A DNA stretch of 63,104 nucleotides, filler included, from Octopus bimaculoides (GCF_001194135.2; 9 parts of 7 records of this genome joined end to end with filler, not necessarily neighbours in it), one strand, 5' to 3'; positions 36,355 to 48,039 are shown, counted from the whole stretch's first letter. Program-made: numbers and translations. The notes: generated from the letters alone by a model not told the origin.

Positions 36355-36683
36355 AGGTTTGTTAGCGGTGCCATAGTTCGTTAACAGGACCATAGTTCGT
36401 TAACAGGGTCATAGTTCATTAACAGGGTCATAGTTCGTTAACATGGCCATAGTTCGTTAACAGAGCCATAGTTCGTTAACAGGGCCAAAGTTTGTCAGCG
36501 GGGCCATAGTTCGTTAGCAGGGTTATAGTTCGTTAACAGGGTCATCGTTCGTTAAGTGGGCCATAGTTCGTTAACATGGTCATAGTTCGTTAATGGGGGG
36601 GGGCATAGTTTGTTAGCGGGGCCATAGTTCGTTAACAGGACCATAGTTCGTTAACAGGGCTATAGTTCGGTAACTGGGCCATA
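36355..36683. repeat. 19-bp minisatellite (CCATAGTTCGTTAACAGGG), ~17 units
   Basis: Directly visible; variant units recur at ~36357, 36490 and 36608. Confidence 0.95.
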
Positions 36684-37631
36684 ACGTCACGGGGTGAATT
36701 ATGCTCTACTTTTACTCCGAGTACTGAAGTTGTCATAAACTGACGTGGAGAATATTTTTACTGTTAAGATTTCATCTGTAATATTCGAGACTTCGTTTTC
36801 TTCGGCTAATACGTTAAGGAGTGCAAATATATACAATTATTGACTGAAAAGTGTTGCCATCTAATAGTTTGAGAGAGTGTGCGTGACACTATTTAATGAA
36901 TAAGTTACCTATTAAGGAATATTATTGCTTAAAATAGGTGGCAAATATGCTATATATATACATATATATGGAAGAGTATGCATTTATGTATTTATAAATA
37001 TATATGCATATATATATAAATATAAATATATATGTATATATATATATATATATGAATATATAACTATATATAAAGAAATATAACACACACACTGACGCGC
37101 GCGCACAAACGCACACATACACACATACACACATATCAGTTTATCTTGATACACACTCACACACACACACACACACACACATACACACAGATACGTGCAC
37201 AGAAACACGCTGACATCTACACACAGACAAATGAANNNNNNNNNNNNNNNNNNNNNNNNNNNNNNNNNNNNNNNNNNNNNNNNNNNNNNNNNNNNNNNNN
37301 NNNNNNNNNNNNNNNNNNNNNNNNNNNNNNNNNNNNNNNNNNNNNNNNNNNNNNNNNNNNNNNNNNNNNNNNNNNNNNNNNNNNNNNNNNNNNNNNNNNN
37401 NNNNNNNNNNNNNNNNNNNNNNNNNNNNNNNNNNNNNNNNNNNNNNNNNNNNNNNNNNNNNNNNNNNNNNNNNNNNNNNNNNNNNNNNNNNNNNNNNNNN
37501 NNNNNNNNNNNNNNNNNNNNNNNNNNNNNNNNNNNNNNNNNNNNNNNNNNNNNNNNNNNNNNNNNNNNNNNNNNNNNNNNNNNNNNNNNNNNNNNNNNNN
37601 NNNNNNNNNNNNNNNNNNNNNNNNNNNNNNN

Positions 37632-37663
<32 letters not shown>

Positions 37664-37668
<5 letters not shown>

Positions 37669-37802
37669 GAGAATGTACGAAAAAACAACAACAGACGAGG
37701 ACAGGTGGTGTAAACAACAAAAGGATGTATTAGTATGACGCTCGGGAATACGGAAAGTCTTTGACGTTTCGAGCTACGCTCTTCATCAGAAAGAATACGG
37801 AG
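37664..37802 (-). mobile_element. Family G mini-element carrying an intact hammerhead motif
   Basis: GGGAGAAT..AAAA..AGACGAGGACAGGTGGTGTA..AACAA..GACGCTCG..AAAGTCTTTGACGTTTCGAGC.ACGCTCTTCATCAG; three copies in the window. Confidence 0.8.
37758..37794 (-). ncRNA. Minimal type I hammerhead ribozyme, PLE-type (predicted to act as a dimer)
   Basis: UCUUU-CUGAUGA-A-GAGC gua GCUC-GAAA-CG-UC-AAAGA: all conserved core nucleotides, 5-bp helix I, 4-bp helix II, palindromic ACGU helix III, GUC cleavage triplet. Confidence 0.75.
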
Positions 37803-37985
37803 ATATATGGGTATATGTGTGTGTATTTCTCTCTCTCTCTTTCTCTCTCTGCATGTGTGTGTGTGTGTTTACGAGTGTGTGTCTGCGCCCGGGTGTGTAT
37901 ATGTGTGCGTGCGTGTGTGCCAAGGTGATCCAGCATTATAGTATCCTCAAACAAGACATCAGATGATCGAAAGGCGTCCACTTAC

Positions 37986-38075
37986 CCACAAAGAGACCCA
38001 TACGCATGCGTGCGCACGCGCAGAGGACACTCTTCCTTATCATTCCGCCTACCACAGCACCACCATCAACAGTTC
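37986..38075 (-). other. Candidate 90-nt exon (minus strand), coding status unknown
   Basis: Acceptor GTCTTTTTCTACCTTTCAG and donor GG/GTAAGT; one open frame (G)TVDGGAVVGGMIRKSVLCACARMRMGLFV. Confidence 0.3.
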
Positions 38076-38363
38076 CTGAAAGGTAGAAAAAGACCGTCTC
38101 TTGGTCCCTCGATGACAGATTCCCTCAAAATTGAAAGGTGTTTGCTTATTTGTCTTGTTTGAGTTTTGTGTTGTTTCATTTTCGAGCGGTGCCCTTCATG
38201 CATTCTTGAGCCCTTACTTAGCTTTCCGGGTCTCAGAAGCTCTGAGATTCACGGCCAGACGTCAGTATCCCATATCATACGAGTTCGACCTGGTCACCGA
38301 GGCGCTTCCCACAGGAACTGCCTTCAGTCAACGTTATTTTAGGGAAAAGGATTTAGTCTGGAA

Positions 38364-38720
38364 CAGTGTTTCTCAGTTGGGATCCATATGATGCCTGAAG
38401 ATCCATATAATATTTTGGGGATCCACGCAACAAAATAATAAATTAGGAACCCAGAATAGTACTTTTAAGGGCCCCTGAAAAGATATTACTTTATATGTAT
38501 ATGGTATTGGTAATTATTGCAAGAAACAGTTGGGTTTCTTTCTCTAACATTTTTCATAGTTCAACCTACACAAGTTAATGTGTGAAAAACAAAACAGGAA
38601 TCTTGAAAGAAGCTTCTATAAAACTAGTTTTAAGCATCGAATGGTTATGAGCGGTGTCCACCAGAATAAAAGAGTAATCAAAGGGGTCCATAGATAAAAA
38701 AAATGCTTGAGAACCTCCTG
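38364..38720. mobile_element. hAT/Charlie-type MITE, 357 bp
   Basis: TIRs CAGTGTTTCTCA / TGAGAACCTCCTG; 8-bp TSD-like GTCTGGAA / GTCTAGAG fitting the NTCTAGAN preference. Confidence 0.85.
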
Positions 38721-39335
38721 GTCTAGAGTATTGTTGCATCTAGTTATTGCACAATCCCAAATATCTGACCACGTAACACTGTGTCGCATTCTCACGGATT
38801 TCACGATTAGAGGTCACCGTTTCTTAATACCCTGGCACACAAAGACAGGGATCTATCATACCCACATTCCAACAATTTTTAGTCACATATTACTTCGAAC
38901 ATGTAAGAAAAATTTATTATTAAATTCCTTTTAAATTTATTTAAATTTATTTCATGATGTGTCAAAATTTTCTTCACACGAGAGCGACCTGATCACTGAC
39001 GCAGATCCAAACGAACGAGTCTTGGTTATTTTAAGCAAAGGGCTTTTGGTCTAGAATACGGTTCTATCAAACAGCTGCACTGTCCCAGAAATATGAGCAA
39101 TGATATTCTACCCTGGTTCGTATGTGTGTCTAGTTTAGGATTAACAGCTGTTCATTAGCTAAAGTAATTAATTACTGTTGCAGAGAACCTAAATTCTTCG
39201 TGGAATATTTTCTGGTTGGGTTACAGATACTGGTTTACTTTGTTATAGATACAAGTTTTAGATACAAGTTGAGTCTGAAAGATCACCAGACACTGTCAGA
39301 TCTAGTAATTAAGTAGACAAAATTAAAATGACGAT

Positions 39336-39398
<63 letters not shown>

Positions 39399-39498
39399 NN
39401 NNNNNNNNNNNNNNNNNNNNNNNNNNNNNNNNNNNNNNNNNNTTAATTAATTAANNNNNNNNNNNNNNNNNNNNNNNNNNNNNNNNNNNNNNNNNNNN

Positions 39499-39588
<90 letters not shown>

Positions 39589-39764
39589 TAGAGAGACAGA
39601 GAGACAGAGAGATAGCTCATACATACATATATATATTATTTCAAATAATTACCTGAAGATACATACCTTACACTTTTGATGCATGATATTGCTAACACAA
39701 TATGTTAATCATGTTACCTCATCAATGAAATACGGGTGTAACGATATGTGGAAACAATTGTAGT

Positions 39765-40150
39765 AATACGGACTAAGAAACTTGCTTCCTAACCACATGA
39801 TTCTAGGTTCAGTCCCACTGAGTAGCACCTTGGGCAAGTGTCTTCTACCATAGCCTAGGGCCGACCAAAGCCTTGTGAGTGGATATCGTAGAGGGAAACT
39901 AAAAAAAAAGCCCGTAGTACACACACACACACACATACATATATGCCTTTGTTCCCCACCCTCGCATGACAACCTATGTTGGTGTGTTTACGTCACCGTA
40001 ACGTAGCGGTTCGATAAAGGGACCGATAAATTAAGTACAAAACTTACAAAGAAAAAGTCCTGGGGTCGATTTCCTCGACTAAAAAACAACTCTTTAAGAC
40101 GGTGCTCCACCATGGCCGCAGTCAAATAACAGATACATGTAAAAGAATAA
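39765..40150 (+). mobile_element. SINE family A, full length, with internal (CA)n/(TA)n
   Basis: Head ..AACCACATGATTCTAGGTTCAGTCCCACTG.GTAGCACCTTGGGCAAGTGTCTTCTAC.ATAGCC..GACCAAAGCCTTGTGAGTGG, then microsatellite, then the 3' half seen at 34-262. Confidence 0.85.
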
Positions 40151-40899
40151 TAGAACACACACACACACACGCACACGCACACATACACACACGCACACGC
40201 ACACATACACACACACATATATATCCAACGCAATTATTAAAAAAATCTATACATCTATACATTTGCACGTCGGCACACACACTTACACACTCATAATACA
40301 CCAACTCCCTCTATAATGATATTCTATTAGGAAGCTCACTTTGCAGTCACATGGTTTCCGGTTCGGTCTCCCTGGGCGGCAACTTGGTGAAGTGTCACTA
40401 TACGAACCTTCAGACCGATTAATGGCTTGGAGTAATTTTGCTAGACAAAAACTATCTGGAAGCTCGTCATATACATGTGGATATTTGCGTGCGTGCATGA
40501 GCGTGCCTTTTAGTACGTGTGTGTGAGAGGGAGAGAGAAAGAGTGAGAGAGTGAGAGAGAAAGAGTGTGTGTATCTGTGTATATGTTTGTGTGTGTGTTT
40601 ATGTGTGCGCGCGCGCACGGGTGTGTGTGTGTACATTCTTGTTTTCGTTAATTCACTGCTTGACAAGCCTTGTGCTACTAGTGTCAAGCTAATTTTGTCT
40701 GAGAATTATGTTAAGGGTACACGTGCCAGTGAGGTGTTCGGTCGCTTTAACACTAATTAGGCAGCACATACGTCAGTTAAGCGAACAATTGAATTCTAAA
40801 TGCCGAACGACGGAGATCCGTTCCCCCCCAAAAAAGCAAAAAACCTTACCACCACCACAAACACCACAAATACTATCGAATGTATGTGCGTGTCTGTGC

Positions 40900-41138
40900 A
40901 CTGAAAGAGACTGAGAGAGACAGAGTGAGTGATTGAGTGAGAGAGAGAGAGAGAGAGGTTGAGAGTGGTTGAAAGAGGGAGAGATAGGAAGATAGTGAGA
41001 GCTAAAGGGAGAGAGAGGTGATGAGATAAAAGGAAGGAAAAGAAAAGAGAGGGCGAGAAAGAACGAAAAAAAAGTAAGAGAATGGGTGATAGAGAAAGAA
41101 CAAAGGAGAGGGCGAGAGAGAAAGAGAGTGAGTCAGAG

Positions 41139-41172
<34 letters not shown>

Positions 41173-41305
41173 GAAGAAAGAAAGAAAGAAATAGAGGAGT
41201 GAGAGGAAGAGAGAGTGAGAGGGTGCGAGAGAAAGAAAAAGTGAGAGATGGGTGAGAAAGAAAGAGGAAGAGTGACAGAAACTGATAGATAGATAGAGAT
41301 TGATT

Positions 41306-41339
<34 letters not shown>

Positions 41340-41380
41340 GATAGATAGATAGATAGAGAGAGAGAGACGAACATTAAAAG
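40900..41380. repeat. GA-rich low-complexity tract with (GAAA)n and (GATA)n
   Basis: Directly visible. Confidence 0.9.
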
Positions 41381-42075
41381 AGAAGAGAGACGGTAGGAAC
41401 TTTTTTTCTTAAGAATAGGAAGAAATAGTGCTTTGTAGAAAATTAGGATAAAACAAATTATCTAGATTTCCGTGCTCCTACTTTTGTTTTCAAAGTCATC
41501 GCTCTTATAATTCATATATTTCTTTAGCGTACTCCTAGTTTATTCCTATATATACGTTTTTATAATATCTATTTTATGTTTTTGGGTTTTGAAATTTATT
41601 TACATTTAATCAATGATTGTAAGCGTGTTCTAAATTACTTGTGTATATATATATATATATATATATTTAACAATCTTACGGCAAGTGTAGACATTTCACT
41701 ATAGAAAGTAAGAAATACGTGAAAAGATAGATTGATAAAAATAACATTATGTATTAAGTGAAAGGGATTATAACAGAGTACAAATTATATAGAGGGGAGA
41801 GGCAGAGAAGGAGAGAGAGAGAGATGAAAGAATAAGAAAGAGAGATTAAGATAAATTAAGAAAATGAGAGAGGAGGAGACAGTGGGGAGAGTATATCAGA
41901 CACATTTTATTTGAGAGTGTTCATTGTATACTCGTGTTATAGTCCACTCCCATCTGTTACCGCAGTCGTTGTTTTGCGTCCTTTTGACATGACGCTCAAC
42001 ATAAAGAAATGGCAGCTATGACAAGTTCCATATTGTCGTGTATGTTTATTATACATGTACGGAACTGCTTTATAG

Positions 42076-42178
42076 ACTTATTCAATGTCAACAAGAGGTC
42101 CTTAAGGTAAAGCAATTGTGTCGAGCGTACTGGGTGCGCTGCTACCGGGAGGGGTATGGCTTGTGTCTGCAACAAAAG
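42076..42178 (+). CDS. Candidate internal coding exon of an unidentified host gene
   Basis: Acceptor GCTTTATAG, donor AAG/GTATGA; frame open for 57 codons and bounded by stops: ..LIQCQQEVLKVKQLCRAYWVRCYREGYGLCLQQK. Confidence 0.35.
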
Positions 42179-42678
42179 GTATGAGTATGAATCGACTTAA
42201 TAAAAACTCGGTTACAGTGTGCAAGTGGTGTATGTTGTGTTAGTCTCCTAAGCTGTAGAGTTAATTAGGGGTGGGGCACGGCATTTTGACTGCTGATTTT
42301 CACTATCACCGAACTTTTTTCCCCTTCGGTTTCGTAGACCAAAGAGTAAAATTGCTTCAACCAGAAACGTCCAGGTTTGATATCTTTTTGTCTTTTCTTT
42401 AGACAGTGTATCCTTGATTACAATACTGATTGTTCTCTTAATAAGCAGGTAGAATGGGACGTGAGACAAATTTGTTCGTTACTTCTAGTACGTGGAGCAA
42501 AACATACAGACTGAATCTCGTTTGCTTCCATTTTGCCTATAAGAGGTGGTAGTGTTGTTGGGGCTGCTGTTCGTGTTTTCGTTGCTGTTATAGTAGAGCA
42601 GAATAGCTCTCCACTTACACCCTCCTCTGAACTTACTAGCCTTGTGCCGAAATTTGAAATCATTATTATTCTTATTAA

Positions 42679-42905
42679 GGCGGAGAGCTGGCAGAATGGT
42701 TAGCATGCCGGGCAAAATGCTTAACAACATTTCTTCCGTCATTAGGTTCTGAGTTCAAATTCCACCGAGTTCGACTTTGTTTTTCATCATTTCGGGGTCG
42801 ATAAATTAAGTACCAGTCAAGTTCTTGGGTTGATTTGATCAACTATCCCCCTCCCAACAATTTACAGGTCTTGCGCCTTTATTAGAAAGAATTATTATTA
42901 TTATT
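42679..42905 (+). mobile_element. SINE family B with (ATT)n tail
   Basis: Homologous to 4544-4752. Confidence 0.85.
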
Positions 42906-43512
42906 TTCTTTACTTTTAATCTGCATGTTTGTTACAGTCACTTGCCTTGCCGAGGTACACCCAGTGTCCTGGGGCGAGTGAAGGATAAGATATGTTACAG
43001 TGTGACTGAAAGCTTGGGGAGGGGAAGTAGCGAAATATCTTCATGCAATACAACACAGACATTTAAATTGATAGGGTTTTTCTGAGGATGTGGGCAGTAT
43101 TTGTCAGTACAATCGTTGGATTTCTCTGAGACATGGTTCCCCGCCGAGCTTATCTAGATGTTTCTGACATCCCTTTTTAATCATACCTAGGGCACCCTAC
43201 AATAACAGGAACAGTACTCCTTTTAAGATGCCATATCTTTTGTATTTCAATTTCCAGGTCCTTATATTTACTTATCAAATTCCTTTAAAAATATAATTTT
43301 TATCTGTGGGAACACTTACATCTATTAGTCTACTAGTATTTTTTTCCGTCTTTTATAATTATGTCTGGTCGATTAGCTTGGATCATTCTGTCAGTATTAA
43401 CTATAAAATATCAGTGGATGGTAACATTTTTACCTTCAACGACTGGCTCAGGATGATGTTCATACCAGTAAGCAAGAATGCTGATTTGTATTCGTTCTGT
43501 CCTACCCTATCG
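42906..43512 (-). mobile_element. R4/Dong-like LINE 3' fragment (~600 bp)
   Basis: Homologous to 27525-28150 and 43526-44130; (TTA)n on both sides. Confidence 0.85.
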
Positions 43513-43525
43513 TATTATTATTATT

Positions 43526-45062
43526 TAAGTTTAATCTGCATGTTTGCTACAATCACTTGCCGAGACACACCCAGCGTCCTGGGCGAGTGAAAAGATGTTA
43601 CAGTGTGACTGAAAGCTTGGGGAGGAAAAGTGGCAGGGGCAGTAGCGAAATAACTTCATATAATTCAACACAGACATTTAAATCGACAGGGTTTTTCTAA
43701 GGATGTGCGCAGTACTTGTCAGCACAATATTCTGGATTTCTTTGAGACATGGTTCTCCTAGAATATTAGCTAGATATTTTTAACATCCCTTTCTTATCAT
43801 ACCTAGGACACCCACAATAACAGGAACAGTTCTCGCTTTTGTATTTCAAGTGTCAGGGCCTTGTATTTACTTAATTTGCCAAATTTCTTGACAGATAGAT
43901 TTTTTATCAGTGAGAACATTTACATCTATTAATCAACAAGTATTTTCTACCCTGTCTTTAATGACTATGTCTGGTCGATTAGCCTGGATCATTCTGTCGC
44001 TGTTGACTGGAGAATCCCAGAGAATAGTGACGTTTTTACCTTCAACGACTGGCTCAGGATGATGTTCGTATCAGTAAGCTGGAGTGCTGATTTTGTAGTG
44101 TTTATATATTTTCCAAGGTAAATACTGTCCTACCCTATCGTAGCGAATTTTGCATTCATTTGGTGTCAGGACAGGACATCTCGAAACGAGAAGGTCTATT
44201 ATTTCGTCAAATGTGTCGCAGAATCTGCATTTAGGATCAGAACTGTATTGAAGAACGTTAGCTTTGTTGGTTTTTGGTAAGCAAACTTTGATCTTGTGCT
44301 GCCAGTTTGAAACCTTCAGTCTCTGCTTTCAATCTGAGCTTCTCAGCCATTGATGGGTTGTTGCTTGGTCAACATCAACATTTCGGCTTCGAAGAACATA
44401 CAGTCCATGCAGAGGCTTCTGACCCCGCCGCTCCTGAATTTGTTTCTGCCCGTTCTTTTCTGCAGTCTGTTTGATCAGCTTTGCTTTTTTCGTGGCAGTG
44501 GTTTCAGGTGCTTCATCTAATTCAGAGTTAGTCCCAAGTTTTCTTGCTTTTTTGCAAGCTTCCTTGACAACAGAATGGGATTTTTTGTTGCATTCGTGTT
44601 TGCACACAAGGCCGCAGCATCCAGTCCTTTGTACTAGATAAGTACTACTTGTTCATTGCTATTGTGGAGGTCTTATAGCGCAGTTTTATCTGTATCATTC
44701 CTCTTCCCCTATTACGTCTAGGCAGGTACAGATGATCAACATCTTAAACTACTAACATTTAAGAACCCAAAATTACTAACATTTTGAGTTCTTAAATGTT
44801 AGTAGTTTTCTTGTCTTCTTGTCCAGGGGTTGGAGTTCTATAAGATTCCAGTTAATGATGTTAAAACTATATTGGACTACTGGAAGTGCCAGGATGTTAA
44901 TGGCTTCGAGGCGATTTTTGAGTTGAGTTCACTTTTTAGTATGAGTCGCATTCTTCTGTAATTCTCATTTCGTATTTTTTCCTTCATAGTAGCACGTTTT
45001 ATATCATGTCCTTCGCGTATACACAGGTATTTAGAGCTTTCTTGTGACTCAAGGTCTATCAT
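43526..45062 (-). mobile_element. 5'-truncated R4/Dong-like LINE
   Basis: KYLCIREGHDIKRATMKEKIRNENYRRMRLILKSELNSK; KPLHGLYVLRSRNVDVDQATTHQWLRSS; homologous to 27525-29021. Confidence 0.9.
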
Positions 45063-45063
45063 A

Positions 45064-45225
45064 GGCGCATGAGTGGCTGTGTGGTAAGTAGCTTGCTTAC
45101 CAATCACATGGTTCCGGGTTCAGTCCCACTGCGTGGCACCTTGGGCAAGTGTCTTCTACTACAGCCTCGGGTTGACCAAAGCCTTATGGGTGGATTTGGT
45201 AAACGGAAACTGAAAGAAGCTCGTC

Positions 45226-45227
<2 letters not shown>
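45064..45227 (+). mobile_element. SINE family A 5' half running into (TA)n and a gap
   Basis: TGGCTGTGTGGTAAG A-box-like, GGTTCAGTCCC B-box-like, GCACCTTGGGCAAGTGTC core. Confidence 0.88.
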
Positions 45228-45261
<34 letters not shown>

Positions 45262-45433
45262 NNNNNNNNNNNNNNNNNNNNNNNNNNNNNNNNNNNNNNN
45301 NNNNNTTAATTAATTAANNNNNNNNNNNNNNNNNNNNNNNNNNNNNNNNNNNNNNNNNNNNATATATATATATATATATGTATGCATGTATGTATGTATG
45401 TATGTATATATGTATACATAGATATATACATAT

Positions 45434-45553
45434 ATAGGGAGAATTCACAAAAAAAATAAAAGACGTAGACAGGTGGTGTAGACAACAAACAGATGTATTA
45501 ATATAACACTCGAGAAGTGATAAAGTCTTTAACGTTTCGAGCCTACGCTCCTC

Positions 45554-45556
<3 letters not shown>
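45434..45556 (-). mobile_element. Family G mini-element, hammerhead 5'-truncated, embedded in (TA)n
   Basis: AUGA-G-GAGC guag GCUC-GAAA-CG-UU-AAAGA retained; CUG and the helix I 5' strand are lost. Confidence 0.75.
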
Positions 45557-45593
<37 letters not shown>

Positions 45594-46130
45594 GCACACA
45601 CACATATACACACACATATACATATATATACAATGTATGTGCAAATACGAAGAATGGATTAGGCAAGTCCTTTTACTACTTCAGTTTACAATTGTTTCAT
45701 CATTCAATACAATCAATCTTGGAACATTATGTAGCAATACATGCAATTATTGATTACTTTTCATGTACCTTTCAGGTTAGCCTTTATAACGCATGATGAA
45801 TAAGATTCTTTAGAATTCCAAATAAAATGGTATGCTGACCGAACATAAAGAACACTGAATGTATACATTACGTGTTGGACGTGCTTACATAATCATATTT
45901 AGATAATAAAGACAAATCAGTTAGAGGTTACATATAAGTCATCACATTCAATCACTGTTATACACACGCATTCTTCTTATATGTCATTATGAATGTTCTA
46001 TGGATACTTGGGGATTTTCAGACATTTGCTTGATAAAAAAATGATCTCCAGCTTTGTCTGATAGCCAATATCCGTTGATAAGCTTAATACGGTAAAATCC
46101 AAGGTTACATACCCCAATGAAATTATCATA

Positions 46131-46219
<89 letters not shown>

Positions 46220-46805
46220 AAGAAGGAGAAAGAGAAAGAGAGAGAGAAATATATAGATGTAGATAGATTGTTATTTGTACGTGTGTATATGCGTGTACGT
46301 TTGCATGAGTGTATGTGTATGTGCGCATATATGTGTGTATGTGTATGTGTGTGTATGTGTGTGTGTGTATACATACGTATGTATGTACATATATATATAC
46401 ATACATATATACCTACATATATATACATATTAGATTCGTACGGAAGTATGACTCCAGTTTTCTAATTTTCTTGTTCTACGCGTCTTCTATCGATAGCAAT
46501 GTTAGTTTCTCTTGAAACTCAGCTCTTTATTTTAGGAGGTCCATACTGCCAATAGAAGCACACACACTGGTTAAGTTTCACTCCAGTTTCATAACCAATC
46601 AGATTATCATTTCATCAGTAGATTAATCAAGTAGTCTATCCAAGTCTTTTCGTCACAGTCTGTGACCTTATCAATGATTATGTGCCCCTCAAGAACCTCT
46701 TTCTTTTCCAGTAGTACTCAAACCAACAATGAAATAATGTGGGACCAGTTCCAACAATTTTGTCAAAAGAAATAGATTTCTTTTGTTAATATTTGTGACT
46801 AGAAA

Positions 46806-47012
46806 GGCGAGGAGCTGGCAGAATTGTTAGCACGCGGGGCGAAATGCTTAACGACATTTTGTTCAGGTCGATGTGTTCACGTCACCGAGGTCGACGTTGC
46901 CTTTCATATCTTCGAGGTCGATAGAATAAGTACAAGTTGAGCACTGGGGTCGATGTAATCGACTTAATCCCACCCTCGAACTTGCTGGCCTTGTGCCAAA
47001 ATTAGAAACCAA
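46806..47012 (+). mobile_element. SINE family B
   Basis: Homologous to 4544-4752. Confidence 0.85.
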
Positions 47013-47496
47013 TATTTATGACTAGACATTTTATGATTATTAATGAATAAACTCAATTTCTTATGCAAGCATGATTGTGTGGCTAAGAACTTCGCTTTCC
47101 CAACCACATACATTTGGTTTTAGCAAGTGTTTTTTTCCTCATCCTTGTGTTGAAAGCTTAAATCGACCAAAGCCTGATTAATAAAATTCGGTATATACGG
47201 AATTCGGTTATACGGAAGTCTGTCGAAGGGACACGCCTGTTAAATACCACCTCTGGGAAGAACACTTTGTTGCAGGTCAGTGATCTGATAATAATTTTCA
47301 ATATTACGTCCAGCGATATCGGAAGCCCTGAATGGTAAGATCGCTGTTATTCTTCTTCCTCGGGCTAAACGATGAAACAAAGACCTCCCATTTGTTTGTT
47401 ATTACTTTCCAGTAACAAAGCTATACCTGAAATGTTATTGAGGATTTTGTTAATCCAATGATTTTTAAGGTTAAATTCCATGAATGTCACTTTTAG

Positions 47497-47617
47497 ATTA
47501 TTTTCTCCTTTATCAATCCTGACTGGGACATTGTATGCGATGAACGATTGCCAGTCCGTCGTCTCTGTACAGTTATTTATAATCAGATGACGTTGAAGAC
47601 GGCTGGAGTAAAATTAT
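47497..47617 (+). CDS. Candidate internal coding exon (121 nt) of an unidentified host gene
   Basis: Acceptor GTCACTTTTAG (the TAG is an in-frame stop), donor AT/GTGAGT; IIFSFINPDWDIVCDERLPVRRLCTVIYNQMTLKTAGVKL. Confidence 0.4.
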
Positions 47618-47661
47618 GTGAGTTTCCTGTTTTCGTGTGTATCTTGAAAGAGCGACTTCCT

Positions 47662-47664
47662 GTC

Positions 47665-47713
<49 letters not shown>

Positions 47714-48039
47714 TGTCGTCGTTGTCATCGTCATCATCAGCAGCAGCTTCTCCATCAACACCGTTACCATCATCATCGCCATTGTCGTCTTCGTCCTCAA
47801 CATCATTATCATCATTAGCATCATTAGCATCATTAGCATCATTAGCATCATTAGCATCATCAAAAGCAGCAGCTGTAGCTGCAGCTGAAGGAACTTCGTC
47901 GTCGATATCGCCGTCGTCGTCATCATCGTCACCGCTAACATCGACATCATCATCATGTTCATCGTTCGTATCTATAAAAACAGCAGCAGTAGCAGCTCCT
48001 ATTTCACCAACGACGAACATTATTATTATTATTATTATT

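Noticed and set aside
36355-36683. Possible CRISPR-like array
   Set aside because: Contiguous tandem units with no unique spacers; eukaryotic context
46575-46620. CUGAUGA..GAAAC on the minus strand
   Set aside because: GUG at the cleavage position, poor helix II and no helix I
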